Source: a virus
Taxonomy: Duplodnaviria; Heunggongvirae; Uroviricota; Caudoviricetes
Length of the DNA: 27,432 nucleotides
Reading direction: 5' to 3' (one strand)
Virus record (IMG/VR): IMGVR_UViG_2695420763_000018
The notes under the pieces are model-generated. The model was not told the origin of the DNA. It did not search any database and was given only the letters and a program-made list of their open reading frames with translations. A program made the translations under genes and the position numbers. Position 1 is the first letter of the stretch. Every line of letters begins with the position of its first letter. This document shows positions 26,197 through 27,432 of the stretch, piece by piece.

Positions 26197-27432
26197 ATGT
26201 CTAAATTACCAACAGGTGTCGAGATTAGAGGTAGATACATTCGCATCTGGTTCATGTTTCGAGGAAAACGATGTCGGGAAACATTAAAAGGCTGGGAGAT
26301 TACAAACAGTAATATTAAAAAGGCCGGAAATTTAAGAGCGCTGATAGTTCATGAAATAAACTCCGGTGAATTTGAGTATTTAAGACGTTTTCCCCAGTCC
26401 AGCACTGGGGCAAAAATGGTGACAACGAGAGTCATAAAAACGTTCGGAGAGCTTTGTGATATCTGGACAAAAATTAAAGAGACAGAGTTAACAACAAACA
26501 CAATGAAGAAAACGAAATCACAATTAAAAACACTCAGAATAATAATTTGTGAAAGTACCCCGATATCACATATTCGTTATAGCGATATCTTAAACTACCG
26601 GAATGAACTGCTGCATGGAGAAACGCTTTACCTGGATAATCCAAGATCCAACAAAAAAGGAAGAACCGTGCGCACAGTTGATAACTATATCGCCCTGCTC
26701 TGTTCGCTGTTGCGTTTTGCGTATCAGTCGGGATTTATATCAACCAAACCATTTGAAGGAGTAAAAAAATTACAGCGAAACAGAATAAAGCCTGATCCGT
26801 TATCTAAAACAGAATTCAATGCATTAATGGAAAGTGAAAAAGGACAGAGCCAGAACTTGTGGAAATTTGCCGTTTACTCAGGACTTCGTCACGGGGAACT
26901 GGCAGCTCTGGCGTGGGAGGATGTGGATCTCGAAAAGGGAATAGTGAATGTCAGAAGAAACCTGACGATACTTGATATGTTCGGTCCCCCAAAAACAAAT
27001 GCCGGGATCCGAACAGTAACACTACTGCAGCCTGCTCTTGAAGCACTGAAGGAGCAATACAAACTGACCGGGCATCATCGCAAAAGCGAAATCACCTTTT
27101 ATCATCGGGAGTACGGCAGAACCGAAAAGCAAAAACTGCATTTTGTTTTCATGCCCAGGGTGTGTAACGGAAAACAAAAACCTTATTACTCGGTAAGCAG
27201 TTTGGGGGCAAGGTGGAATGCAGCAGTAAAACGTGCTGGTATTCGCCGCCGTAATCCGTACCATACGCGGCATACTTTTGCCTGCTGGCTGTTGACGGCA
27301 GGAGCGAACCCGGCATTTATAGCCAGCCAAATGGGGCATGAAACTGCGCAGATGGTGTATGAAATTTACGGTATGTGGATTGATGACATGAACGACGAAC
27401 AGATAGCCATGTTGAATGCGCGCTTATCGTAG
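26197..27432 (+). CDS. intR: tyrosine integrase IntR
   Basis: 411-aa ORF; C-terminal catalytic region with HTRHTFACWLL...GHETAQMVYEIYGMW (R...HxxR...Y arrangement); stop codon is the last triplet of the window. Confidence 0.95.
   Translation: MSKLPTGVEIRGRYIRIWFMFRGKRCRETLKGWEITNSNIKKAGNLRALIVHEINSGEFEYLRRFPQSSTGAKMVTTRVIKTFGELCDIWTKIKETELTTNTMKKTKSQLKTLRIIICESTPISHIRYSDILNYRNELLHGETLYLDNPRSNKKGRTVRTVDNYIALLCSLLRFAYQSGFISTKPFEGVKKLQRNRIKPDPLSKTEFNALMESEKGQSQNLWKFAVYSGLRHGELAALAWEDVDLEKGIVNVRRNLTILDMFGPPKTNAGIRTVTLLQPALEALKEQYKLTGHHRKSEITFYHREYGRTEKQKLHFVFMPRVCNGKQKPYYSVSSLGARWNAAVKRAGIRRRNPYHTRHTFACWLLTAGANPAFIASQMGHETAQMVYEIYGMWIDDMNDEQIAMLNARLS

Overview
This window reads as a near-complete lambdoid prophage of the Escherichia coli Rac family, from the head-packaging genes to the integrase, and much more intact than the defective Rac of K-12. 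All protein identities are recalled from memory of known proteins; no database search was run. Minus strand, 1-11982: portal (partial), large and small terminase, an unassigned 402-aa GT-A-like protein, a ParB-like nuclease-domain protein, trkG, a phage-21-type lysis cassette (Rz/Rz1, SAR endolysin, pinholin), two tandem lipoproteins, a 1.6-kb AT-rich leader with three terminator hairpins, antiterminator Q, and nin-like genes. Positions 12000-15400 hold morons in both orientations (DUF1971, a decayed hok/sok locus, a KilA-N protein). Positions 15481-19067 hold the replication genes ydaV/ydaU and ydaT/ydaS. The plus strand from 19191 carries racR, ydaG, ydaF, then kilR-ydaE-racC-recE-recT-ralR-ydaC-xisR-intR, with sieB on the minus strand; the window ends at the intR stop codon, so the attachment site is not visible. 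The most interesting candidate is the lipoprotein pair at 7984-8958, whose C-terminal domains resemble TolA domain III and could act as periplasmic decoys. Other leads are the ParB-like/GT-A-like pair, an in-frame amber codon splitting a nin-region gene, iteron-like repeats inside ydaU, and operator arrays flanking racR. I found no tRNA, rRNA, CRISPR array or IS element.
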